A stretch of DNA of 37,169 nt from IMG/VR virus record IMGVR_UViG_3300021960_000008; one strand, given 5' to 3'. A program made the translations under genes and the position numbers. Of the stretch, positions 1-6,679 are shown piece by piece; position 1 is the stretch's first letter; each line of letters begins with the position of its first letter. The DNA comes from a virus. The notes below the pieces were generated by a model. The model was not told the DNA's origin and made no database searches. It was given only the letters and a program-made list of their open reading frames with translations.

Positions 1-127
1 ATTAAGTCAGACACATCTTGCTCTATATATTCTTTGTGTTGTTTTTCTAATGCACGAATACGAGCAGGTTTTATTAAGCTTGTAACACTTATATCACTTT
101 CACTACTCGTATAAGAATCATTTTGCA
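1..127. repeat. Terminal direct repeat, copy 1 (identical to 37043..37169); circular-assembly overlap or terminal redundancy
   Basis: Direct comparison: bases 1..127 match 37043..37169 exactly. Base 37042 is not part of the repeat. Confidence 0.95.
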
Positions 128-176
128 CTGCTTGCATAATAACTTCTGGCAAGTTAGATTTGTTTGTTAAGTTCAT
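1..176 (-). CDS. 5' end of the PD-(D/E)XK (Cas4/RecB-like) nuclease gene; continues at 37042 once the window is circularised
   Basis: ATG at 176 on the minus strand reads MNLTNKSNLPEVIMQAVQNDSYTSSESDISVTSLIKPARIRALEKQHKEYIEQDVSDLI. This is in frame with ORF 36307..37056 across the repeat (position 1 = 37043). The GTG start at 37056 in the track is an edge artefact. Confidence 0.7.
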   Translation of the reverse strand, partial: MNLTNKSNLPEVIMQAVQNDSYTSSESDISVTSLIKPARIRALEKQHKEYIEQDVSDL

Positions 177-250
177 ATATTTATCTCCATACTGTCTAAC
201 TCTACGGCCGTCTGTTTCTATAGCGACTTCTTCTATAATAGGGTCGACAA

Positions 251-847
251 TTAAAATGGCACTACCTCTTCCGCTGCACCATTGCCACCATCTCCCCTAT
301 CTGGACTTCTATCTTGTAACTCTTGCGCTCTTAAAACAATATTTCTAATACCATCTGACAATTCATCAAAAACATCTTCATTGCCATTTAAATATTCATC
401 TACAGAAAAGAACATTGATGGATGAAATTGTTCTTCTATCGTATCGTTAAGCGGCATAATGTTATGCACAACTATTTTACCTCTTTCGTTTTGTATTACA
501 TTTAGAGTACATCCTACACCTAGCAATTTTGATATATCAAAACCTTGCTTCTCAGTTTCAGTAAATGGTTTACCTCTCCAAGATGTTAAGTCTTGTGCTA
601 ACTTTGCTTTTTCAAACAAGCTTAGTGTATAAAACTTACTAATAGTCATAGGTGTTCCCTCATGTAATTGTGATGGTACTTCCCACACTACAAGGACTTG
701 TCTTTGCCATTTAACATTTCCTTGATATTCATTCTTTTGTGTACCAAGGTCTATAACCCTAATACATCTTGCAGAGTACAAACCTGGGTCTAATTCTTTA
801 AATGAACTAGATTTAGTTTCACCTGCAGTAGCAATTAATCCTGCCAT
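251..847 (-). CDS. DUF669-type phage single-stranded-DNA-binding protein with an SSB-like acidic C-terminal tip
   Basis: 198-aa ORF with the YTLSLFEKAKLAQDLTSWRGKPFTE and FDISKLLG pattern I recall for DUF669. It ends ...GNGAAEEVVPF, which resembles the bacterial SSB tip DDDIPF. It lies upstream of the nuclease on the same strand. Confidence 0.7.
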   Translation of the reverse strand: MAGLIATAGETKSSSFKELDPGLYSARCIRVIDLGTQKNEYQGNVKWQRQVLVVWEVPSQLHEGTPMTISKFYTLSLFEKAKLAQDLTSWRGKPFTETEKQGFDISKLLGVGCTLNVIQNERGKIVVHNIMPLNDTIEEQFHPSMFFSVDEYLNGNEDVFDELSDGIRNIVLRAQELQDRSPDRGDGGNGAAEEVVPF

Positions 848-876
848 AATTTACTCCTTTTATATTTGATTAAGTA

Positions 877-905
877 ATGTTAACTGTGAATATATGTTAA
901 GTCAA
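877..905 (-). promoter_or_regulatory. Sigma70-like leftward early promoter
   Basis: On the minus strand: -35 TTGACT (905..900), 17-nt spacer, -10 TAACAT (882..877). It sits upstream of the SSB gene, whose RBS is AAAGGAG and whose ATG is at 847. Confidence 0.45.
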
Positions 906-910
906 GTAAG

Positions 911-938
911 TTGACAATAGTTAAGCTACAGGTATAGT
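911..938 (+). promoter_or_regulatory. Sigma70-like rightward early promoter; predicted leaderless transcript
   Basis: TTGACA (911..916), 16-nt spacer, TATAGT (933..938). The expected +1 is about 7 nt after the -10, which is 945, the A of the Cro-like ATG. There is no SD between them. Confidence 0.55.
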
Positions 939-944
939 ATCTAC

Positions 945-1163
945 ATGGAAGAAAAGTACGAACTTGCAAAACAAAGACGAAACGAAATAGTGGCAAAATA
1001 TGGTGGACGAAATTTATCAAAATTATTGAATATATCTCATCCAGCAGTATCTAAATGGGAAGTAGTACCCGCACTTAGAGCATATCAAATAGCTATGTTA
1101 GGTGACTATGCCATTGATTATATTAGACCTGATTTAAATTTCGAAATTTCAAAAAAAAATTAA
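945..1163 (+). CDS. Cro/YdaS-like helix-turn-helix transcriptional regulator
   Basis: 72 aa. LSKLLNISHPAVSKWEVVPALRAYQIAMLGD...IRPDL matches the YdaS/Cro-type HTH pattern. It sits in a divergent promoter region. Confidence 0.7.
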   Translation: MEEKYELAKQRRNEIVAKYGGRNLSKLLNISHPAVSKWEVVPALRAYQIAMLGDYAIDYIRPDLNFEISKKN

Positions 1164-1164
1164 A

Positions 1165-1213
1165 GCGGAGAGCATTATAAGCTCAATAAAAACCTTTACA
1201 CTAAGCTCTCCGC
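1165..1213. repeat. 9-bp inverted repeat with a 31-nt spacer just after the Cro-like stop codon
   Basis: GCGGAGAGC (1165..1173) pairs with GCTCTCCGC (1205..1213). No U-tract follows, so it is not a canonical intrinsic terminator. Confidence 0.8.
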
Positions 1214-1254
1214 CTCTAACCTGCATAAACACTAGCTAATCGTATGACACATAT

Positions 1255-1339
1255 TATAGCAGTGCTATAACAGTGCCATAGCAGTGCCATACTTTTGCCA
1301 ATGGCAAAATATAGCTCTTCGTCTTCGTCTTCGTCTTCG
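1255..1339. repeat. Iteron/palindrome cluster; putative origin of replication
   Basis: Palindrome TATAGCAgTGCTATA (1255..1269). CAGTGC(C/T)ATA occurs three times with an exact 11-bp period (CAGTGC at 1260, 1271, 1282). Palindrome TTTTGCCAaTGGCAAAA (1293..1309). TCTTCG occurs four times in tandem (1316..1339), followed by TTACATCTTCTTACA and an AT-rich stretch. The cluster lies directly upstream of the replication genes. Confidence 0.5.
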
Positions 1340-1385
1340 TTTACATCTTCTTACAAGATATATATACCTTAGTAGTATAGTGTAT

Positions 1386-1413
1386 TTGACAAGCATATTA
1401 ACTTTGGTATTAT
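1386..1413 (+). promoter_or_regulatory. Sigma70-like promoter for the replication operon
   Basis: TTGACA (1386..1391), 16-nt spacer, TATTAT (1408..1413). RBS AAGGGAG and the ATG at 1443 follow. Confidence 0.55.
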
Positions 1414-1442
1414 ATTAACAATACTTAATTAAGGGAGAACTA

Positions 1443-1805
1443 ATGAGAAAGAGTACAAAGCATGAGCAATCACCAGCTTTTCAATTCTATGCTGCTGATT
1501 GGATTAGTGAACCTCTAAGGCTAACGATGTCGTTAGAAGAACAGGGTGCATACATTTTATTGTTGTGTCATTGCTGGAGAGGTTACCAAATAAAATTTGA
1601 TTATGAAGTCCTTGCAAGAATGTGTAATTGTAGTTTAGATAAAATAAAAAAAATGTGGCCTAAGATAGCACCAATGTTTATAGAAGATAATGGCTATCTT
1701 CGTTGCATACAAGCAGATGAGGAAAGAAGTGTGCAAAAAAAATATAGAAAAGCAAAATCAAAAGCAGGCAAGAAGGGTGCAATAGCAAGGTGGAGCAATG
1801 AGTAA
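1443..1805 (+). CDS. DUF1376 (YdaU-like) protein, probable replication-initiation accessory factor
   Basis: 120 aa. PAFQFYAADWISEP...LSLEEQGAYILLLCHCW matches the DUF1376 signature from memory. It is the first gene of the replication module. Confidence 0.65.
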   Translation: MRKSTKHEQSPAFQFYAADWISEPLRLTMSLEEQGAYILLLCHCWRGYQIKFDYEVLARMCNCSLDKIKKMWPKIAPMFIEDNGYLRCIQADEERSVQKKYRKAKSKAGKKGAIARWSNE

Positions 1806-2661
1806 TAGTTTTAATGGAGTACCCTATTACACTAATTGCTCTACCTACTACGAGTTCTTAGAAATGTTTGGACCAGAACATACATTTCAAACTTTTTGTG
1901 ACAAAGGTAAAAATAAAAAAGTTATAAAACAACTACATGGAACAATAAAGCAACACTTCCATGAGTTAGCTGATTTAAATAAACAGGGTGCAGGTGTGTT
2001 CTTTACTGTCAATGAGACAGACCTCCTAGGTAGAACAACAAAGCACATAAAAAAAGTGAGGGCGGTATTTGTAGACCTTGATGGTTCTCCCTTACCTGAA
2101 AAGTTTACTTTACTCCCTCACTTAATAGTGAACACAAGTCCAGATAAATATCATTGTTATTGGTTAGTGTCAGATATGCCACTGGAAAGTTTTACACTTT
2201 ACCAACAAGCACTAGCAGAAAAATTTGGGGGGGATGAAAAAGTAAAAGATTTACCTAGAGTGATGAGAGTTGCTGGATTTTTTCACAACAAGAACAAACC
2301 TTATCCAATAAAAATTGTTAGCACTTATAAGATAAAACCATACACCAAAGAAGAAATAAAAAATGGTTTAAAATTACAAAGACCTAAACCAAAAGTAATA
2401 AATTTTACAAGTTATGAATCTAAATATAGTGGCAGTACAAACTATGGAGCATCAGAAGGCGACAGGCATGAACGATTAATTAGAATGTTGATAGGCATAA
2501 GACTTCGTGGTGAATCATACGAGTATGCAAGAGGTGAGGCATTAGAGTTTGCAAGAGCTTGTAATCCACCAGAAAATCCTAAAGAAGCTATATTTCAACT
2601 TAACGATATATGGAGTAGATATGCACCAGTTACGTCCTTATCAAACAAAAGTAATAGATGA
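1798..2661 (+). CDS. RepB'-type DNA primase (prim-pol fold) with C-terminal PriCT-like domain
   Basis: 287 aa. FQTFCDKG...LHG...LNKQGAGVFFTVNETDLLGRT...VRAVFVDLDG...SPDKYHCYW...RVMRVAGFFHNK matches the RepB_primase pattern. C-terminal GDRHERLIRMLIGIRLRG...NPPENPKEA...DIWSRY is PriCT-like. RBS is GGTGGAG. Confidence 0.75.
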   Translation: MSNSFNGVPYYTNCSTYYEFLEMFGPEHTFQTFCDKGKNKKVIKQLHGTIKQHFHELADLNKQGAGVFFTVNETDLLGRTTKHIKKVRAVFVDLDGSPLPEKFTLLPHLIVNTSPDKYHCYWLVSDMPLESFTLYQQALAEKFGGDEKVKDLPRVMRVAGFFHNKNKPYPIKIVSTYKIKPYTKEEIKNGLKLQRPKPKVINFTSYESKYSGSTNYGASEGDRHERLIRMLIGIRLRGESYEYARGEALEFARACNPPENPKEAIFQLNDIWSRYAPVTSLSNKSNR

Positions 2662-4144
2662 TATAAGAGAATCATTTACCAAAAGAAAAAAGGTTCTGTT
2701 AGTTGCACCAACAGGTTCTGGTAAAACTGTGATTGCTGCAGATATTATTCGCAAAGTAATAGAGAATGGTAAGAAGTGTGTCTTTGTTGCACATAGAAGA
2801 GAATTAATTATGCAATGTAGTAACAAGCTTTTTAATTTTGGTGTTAGACATGGTGTCATAATGGCAGACAAAGCAGCTACACCAGATGCTGATGTGCAAG
2901 TTGTATCAATACAAACTTATACTGCAAGAAAAGATAATTTTGATTTTGATAGACCAGATGCAGATTTGATTATTTTTGATGAAGCACACAGGTCTGCATC
3001 ATTTACTTTTCAAAAAATGATAGAAGAATATCCAGAAGCTCATGTCATAGGTCTAACTGCAACACCATGTAGAGCAGATGGTAAAGGATTAGGTGATATC
3101 TATCAAGGTCTTATAGAGTGCAGCAATATAAAAGATTTGACAGAAGAAGGCTATCTTGTTCCTAGTAGAATCTATGCACCAACAATGCCAGATTTAAAAG
3201 GACTAAAAGTATTAGCAGGTGATTATGAAAAAGGTAGGCTAGACAAAAGAATGAACACACCTAAACTAATAGGTGACATTGTAAACCATTGGATAATGTA
3301 TGGTCAAGACAGACCTACTGTTGCATTTGCTACATCAATAAACCATAGTAAAAAAATAGCTAAGATGTTTAATGACAGTGGCATACCTGCTGGTCACATA
3401 GATGGTAAAATGCCAGAAATAGAAAGAGAAAGACAATTAGCTATGATAAAAGATGGTAGGATTAAGGTCTTAGCTAACTGTCAAGTATTAACAGAAGGAT
3501 GGGATGAACCTAAAATATCCTGTGTTATATTAGCAAGACCTACTAAAAGTTATGGGTTGTATCTGCAGATGGTAGGTAGAAGTCTTAGACCAGATGATGG
3601 CAAGAAAGATACATTAATTATAGACCATAGTGGTGCTGTTTATGAACATGGCTTTCCTGATGAGCCACCTCAATGGACATTAGATGTAACGACTAATGTT
3701 AGTAAAGAAAGAAAAGAACCACAACCAATAGAAAAACAACCATTTACCTGTGTGCAATGTGATTTTGTATATAAACCTACTGCAGACAGCCCAGAATGTC
3801 CTAATTGTGGCTCTAAACCTACTAAAAAAGACACTGAGTTGTTGATTGCACAAGGCAGACTTGTTGAGTTAAAGAAAAAAAAGAACGAGCCAACAGTTGC
3901 AGACAAAGAAACTTTTTATGCAGGATTACTTTTCTATGCAAGACAAAGAGGCTATCTTGATGGATGGGCAAGTCATTTGTTTAAAAATAAATTTAAACAC
4001 TTTCCTAATTTTAAAAAAAATATACTGCCTGTAAGACCAACAAAAGATGTTGAAGGGTATATAAAACATCACAATATAAAACGACACAAATCTAAAATTA
4101 AAATACAAAATATGATTGGAGGTAACAATGAACGAAGTACATAA
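2621..4144 (+). CDS. Superfamily-2 DEAH-box DNA helicase with C-terminal zinc ribbon
   Basis: Walker A is APTGSGKT, motif II is FDEAH, then GLTATP and QMVGRSLR. Zinc ribbon is CVQC...CPNC. I chose the ATG at 2621 (RBS GGAG at 2612) over the track start at 2549. It overlaps the primase end by 41 nt. Confidence 0.85.
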   Translation: MHQLRPYQTKVIDDIRESFTKRKKVLLVAPTGSGKTVIAADIIRKVIENGKKCVFVAHRRELIMQCSNKLFNFGVRHGVIMADKAATPDADVQVVSIQTYTARKDNFDFDRPDADLIIFDEAHRSASFTFQKMIEEYPEAHVIGLTATPCRADGKGLGDIYQGLIECSNIKDLTEEGYLVPSRIYAPTMPDLKGLKVLAGDYEKGRLDKRMNTPKLIGDIVNHWIMYGQDRPTVAFATSINHSKKIAKMFNDSGIPAGHIDGKMPEIERERQLAMIKDGRIKVLANCQVLTEGWDEPKISCVILARPTKSYGLYLQMVGRSLRPDDGKKDTLIIDHSGAVYEHGFPDEPPQWTLDVTTNVSKERKEPQPIEKQPFTCVQCDFVYKPTADSPECPNCGSKPTKKDTELLIAQGRLVELKKKKNEPTVADKETFYAGLLFYARQRGYLDGWASHLFKNKFKHFPNFKKNILPVRPTKDVEGYIKHHNIKRHKSKIKIQNMIGGNNERST

Positions 4145-4478
4145 AGAGTTTGAGATTAACAAGCTTAGAAAGTTAGGTCATGAGCATAGTGTTGCTTTAA
4201 AGAATCTTGTGCAACTTGAAGAAAGTAAAAAGATATTAAGAGCTAGTCTTATGAAAGAATATCAACTCGGACCAACTGGCAAACCAAATAGTGTAGCTCA
4301 ACAAGAAGCTCATGCATATGCAGATGAGCGATATACAGCACATATTAAAGCACTTGCAGATGCTACACAGATTGAAGCTGAGTTAAAATGGCAAAAGAGA
4401 TGTGTAGAAATAAACTTAGAGTTAATTAAAGTACAATCTTTTAACCAAAATCAAGAGAAAAAAGCTTACAACATTTAG
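4128..4478 (+). CDS. Hypothetical coiled-coil protein
   Basis: ORF with RBS GGAGG (4119) and ATG at 4128. The sequence is charged and helical, and I recognise no family. Confidence 0.6.
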   Translation: MNEVHKEFEINKLRKLGHEHSVALKNLVQLEESKKILRASLMKEYQLGPTGKPNSVAQQEAHAYADERYTAHIKALADATQIEAELKWQKRCVEINLELIKVQSFNQNQEKKAYNI

Positions 4479-4485
4479 TCATCTG

Positions 4486-4494
4486 TGTTACAAT
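4486..4494 (+). promoter_or_regulatory. Possible extended -10 promoter (TGtTACAAT)
   Basis: TG at 4486..4487 and TACAAT at 4489..4494. The ATG of the next gene is at 4507 with no SD, so the leader would be very short. Confidence 0.3.
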
Positions 4495-4506
4495 AATATT
4501 TCCCCT

Positions 4507-4824
4507 ATGAAGCACACAGTCAAAGAGAAAAAACACATGGACAAGATTGCTCGACTTGGGTGTATTATATGCAGGAAACAAGGTCATATGTTTGTAGATG
4601 CTGAGTTACATCACATAAGAGATATGACTGGCATGGGCAAAAGGTCTAGTCACTTTGAAGTTATTCCTTTGTGTGTTGCTCATCATAGATTAGGGAAAGA
4701 AGCTTTTCATCACAGCAAAAAAGAATTTGAAGCAAAGTGGGGAACACAGCGAGAGTTGCTCAAAGAAGTTTTAAAATTAGCTGAATGTTGTGGTGGTTTA
4801 TGTGAGGATTGCAATGAAATATGA
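4507..4824 (+). CDS. Ref-like (RecA-dependent) HNH-type nuclease
   Basis: 105 aa. IARLGCIICRK...AELHHIRDMTGMGKRSSHFEVIPLCVAHHRLGKEAFHH...FEAKWG matches the P1 Ref / RecA_dep_nuc pattern as I recall it. The C-terminal tail is Cys-rich. Confidence 0.65.
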   Translation: MKHTVKEKKHMDKIARLGCIICRKQGHMFVDAELHHIRDMTGMGKRSSHFEVIPLCVAHHRLGKEAFHHSKKEFEAKWGTQRELLKEVLKLAECCGGLCEDCNEI

Positions 4825-5059
4825 TTTAGTAGTAGTACAGAAAGATGGCTCTTTAGCTCCATATGATAAAGAGATAATATTTAAAAAGATTTATAATAAA
4901 ATAAAAGATGTTAATGTTAGTTGGCAACTTGTAAAGAATGTTGAGGTAAGTATAGACAATAGGTTTGAAGAGTTTTATCCAACTTACCAAAACATACAAG
5001 ATATAATAAAAAATACTATTACTTATTATCGTTCTGAGAAAGAGCAACATGGGCAATAG
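4814..5059 (+). CDS. Stand-alone ATP-cone domain protein
   Basis: 81 aa from the ATG at 4814 (RBS GAGGA at 4804). VVQKDGSLAPYDKEIIFKKIYNKI ... PTYQNIQDIIKNTITYYRSEKE fits the ATP-cone consensus (v.KrdG..epFd.eKI ... eeIqd.ve..L). It overlaps the Ref-like ORF by 11 nt. Confidence 0.6.
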   Translation: MKYDLVVVQKDGSLAPYDKEIIFKKIYNKIKDVNVSWQLVKNVEVSIDNRFEEFYPTYQNIQDIIKNTITYYRSEKEQHGQ

Positions 5060-5136
5060 CTTCAAGCTTAGCAAATGTATCACTAAAACCTAATGCTAAA
5101 TACATCTGCTCAAATTTCTCATACAAAGCAAAACAT

Positions 5137-5274
5137 TTATCGCACATTAATTCCAAACACCTCCAATATAAACATTATAACAGCATTTGCTAAACCTATA
5201 ACTACTATTAATGTAAAATATTTCTTCCAAGAAAGTGGTGTAGTCGTATCAAAGATTCTAGATTTCTTTTTCAC
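5137..5274 (-). CDS. Small (45 aa) single-pass membrane protein, below the ORF-track size cutoff
   Basis: Hand translation gives VKKKSRIFDTTTPLSWKKYFTLIVVIGLANAVIMFILEVFGINVR. It has a GTG start, with GGAGG 8 nt upstream. It is the last gene of the leftward small-ORF block. Confidence 0.4.
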   Translation of the reverse strand: MKKKSRIFDTTTPLSWKKYFTLIVVIGLANAVIMFILEVFGINVR

Positions 5275-5297
5275 AGCATAAACCTCCAATGGATATC

Positions 5298-5576
5298 TCA
5301 CATTACCTCCACTCCGAAATCTATTTTCAATCTACTTAATACACATTCAGCAAATTCTTTTCTGCCAAACATAATAAAGTCATCATTAGTTTCGCATATG
5401 CCTTCTGTAAGTTCCGTCCTATTTACCTCATCTAATAAATATTCCATGAGCCAATCAATAACCCATTCTTCAGTATGCTCTTTTAGTTTAAAGGTTTTAA
5501 GCTCGCTAAGGATTTGCTCAATATCCATTTCTTGTAGCTCTAAACGAACATCTTCTTTTATTTCTTTAATACTCAT
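5298..5576 (-). CDS. Hypothetical acidic early protein
   Basis: 92-aa ORF tightly packed in the leftward block. It is E/D-rich, and I recognise no family. Confidence 0.6.
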   Translation of the reverse strand: MSIKEIKEDVRLELQEMDIEQILSELKTFKLKEHTEEWVIDWLMEYLLDEVNRTELTEGICETNDDFIMFGRKEFAECVLSRLKIDFGVEVM

Positions 5577-5812
5577 TACCTTCCCTCCATGTAATCTAAT
5601 GGCTCTTCAAAATCATCTGAGCCACCATGTATCTTTACTAGCTTATAATGTCCTTTACAGTCGTTTATATTTACCTTTTGATTTTTATTGCCATAAAAGG
5701 TTATATATACTTCATTATCTTCGGTATATAGATTAAAGTCTAAATCTTTATAACCCTTTAAATTCGTTTCAATTATCCCCCAAGTATCTTCTACAAATAT
5801 TTTACTCATCAT
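5576..5812 (-). CDS. Hypothetical early protein
   Basis: 78-aa ORF whose start and stop overlap the neighbouring genes. Confidence 0.6.
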   Translation of the reverse strand: MMSKIFVEDTWGIIETNLKGYKDLDFNLYTEDNEVYITFYGNKNQKVNINDCKGHYKLVKIHGGSDDFEEPLDYMEGR

Positions 5813-5972
5813 CTAAATCCCCCTCATCAATATCGTACTCTCTCCATGAATCATCATCCTCCATAAAAAGGTCTTCCCTAGCTTGAATACAAGCATCTTT
5901 AAAATCTAATCCTTGCTCAACATAGTACTCAGCTCGTTGCTCTAACCAAGCTTCTGTCCAATGATTACTCAT
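5802..5972 (-). CDS. Hypothetical very acidic 56-aa protein, below the ORF-track size cutoff
   Basis: Hand translation gives MSNHWTEAWLEQRAEYYVEQGLDFKDACIQAREDLFMEDDDSWREYDIDEGDLDDE. Its ATG lies 1 nt after the upstream stop, and its stop overlaps the next start (ATGATGAGTAA). Confidence 0.5.
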   Translation of the reverse strand: MSNHWTEAWLEQRAEYYVEQGLDFKDACIQAREDLFMEDDDSWREYDIDEGDLDDE

Positions 5973-5973
5973 A

Positions 5974-6162
5974 TTAATAACCTCTCTCTTTTTTTTCTTT
6001 TTCTCTATTCATCATGGCTTTTAAGACTGCTTCCTTTACTGCTTGTAAAGTATTCTCATCTAATATTTCGCCTTCAAAAACATAAAAGTCTTTATCTAAT
6101 CCGTTTTCGCTTGTTCTACTATAAAACTTCATAGACATAGACCATTCAATATTATCGCTCAT
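5974..6162 (-). CDS. Hypothetical early protein
   Basis: 62-aa ORF with RBS GGGAGGAAG. It overlaps the upstream gene by 11 nt. Confidence 0.6.
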   Translation of the reverse strand: MSDNIEWSMSMKFYSRTSENGLDKDFYVFEGEILDENTLQAVKEAVLKAMMNREKEKKERGY

Positions 6163-6361
6163 TATCTTCCTCCCTTAATTTATTGTAAAGTTTTTCATTA
6201 ACCCTGTGAACATATTTTCTTAACTTTTGTATCGCTTGAATATGGTCTGGGCTAGGTGTGTATTTAGTTTTAATAGAATTTTCAAATTGCAACAAAGCAT
6301 TTGATATCATAGAACTTTCTTGAAAATTAACTTTTATAATTGCTTTTAATTCTTTAGACAT
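6152..6361 (-). CDS. Hypothetical early protein
   Basis: The ORF runs 6152..6382. I prefer the ATG at 6361 (MSKELKAI...), which overlaps the upstream stop in AATGTCTAA and has GGAGGAAG upstream. Confidence 0.55.
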   Translation of the reverse strand: MSKELKAIIKVNFQESSMISNALLQFENSIKTKYTPSPDHIQAIQKLRKYVHRVNEKLYNKLREEDNER

Positions 6362-6590
6362 TACCAACTTCCTCCATAACATTGGCTATATTAAATATCT
6401 GTAAATTATAATCTTTTAGAATTTCGTTAATTCTTTTTCTGCATAAATCTGTGAAATCTGTATCAATAAAATCTTTTTGATTATAATAATGATGGTAGTA
6501 AACAATCATACTTAAATCATTGACCGAAATGTCATCAATGTTGTCGGCTATGACTGTGTTGATTTTGTTTGATAGTTGTTTTTTAACCAT
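6354..6590 (-). CDS. Hypothetical early protein
   Basis: 78-aa ORF with RBS AAGGGAGGA immediately after the U-tract of the upstream hairpin. Confidence 0.6.
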   Translation of the reverse strand: MVKKQLSNKINTVIADNIDDISVNDLSMIVYYHHYYNQKDFIDTDFTDLCRKRINEILKDYNLQIFNIANVMEEVGNV

Positions 6591-6604
6591 TGTAATCCTC
6601 CCTT

Positions 6605-6633
6605 AAAAAATTAGCAGTTTTAAGACTTGCTAA
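6605..6633 (-). terminator. Candidate intrinsic terminator/attenuator inside the leftward early operon
   Basis: Minus-strand RNA is UUAGCA (6633..6628), an 11-nt loop, UGCUAA (6616..6611) and UUUUUU (6610..6605). The RBS and ATG of the next gene follow directly. The stem is short and AT-rich. Confidence 0.45.
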
Positions 6634-6679
6634 GGTCTGGACAGCAGTTAACTTAGCATTTACGGAGGCTAACTGCTAA
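6611..6679. repeat. Two tandem hairpins built from the same 6-bp arms (TTAGCA / TGCTAA), with alternative pairings
   Basis: TTAGCA at 6611 and 6653, and TGCTAA at 6628 and 6674. In addition AGCAGTTA (6643..6650) is complementary to TAACTGCT (6670..6677), which allows mutually exclusive folds. Confidence 0.75.

Noticed and set aside
1-127. Terminal repeat as a genuine T7-like direct terminal repeat
   Set aside because: I have not excluded it, but the repeat falls inside a coding sequence. Its length equals a common assembler k-mer (127), which favours a circular-assembly overlap.
160-348. 62-aa + strand ORF
   Set aside because: It overlaps the well-supported minus-strand SSB gene and the nuclease start. 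It has no RBS and an implausible composition.
1255-1339. Short tandem repeats considered as a CRISPR array
   Set aside because: The units are 6-11 bp and directly adjacent, with no spacers and no cas genes. They are better explained as origin iterons.
2549-2620. Upstream extension of the helicase ORF as given in the track
   Set aside because: The extension lies wholly inside the primase gene. The ATG at 2621 has a GGAG RBS and begins the conserved helicase N-terminus (LRPYQ).
5019-5147. Possible 42-aa minus-strand ORF (MCDKCFALYEKFEQMYLALGFSDTFAKLEAIAHVALSQNDNK)
   Set aside because: It overlaps the 3' end of the convergent ATP-cone gene by about 40 nt. Its RBS is poorly spaced. It is too short to support without comparative or expression data.
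5093-5736. + strand ORFs 5093..5281 and 5398..5736
   Set aside because: They are antisense to the tightly packed minus-strand early genes. They have no RBS, and a better minus-strand small ORF (5137..5274) explains the first region.
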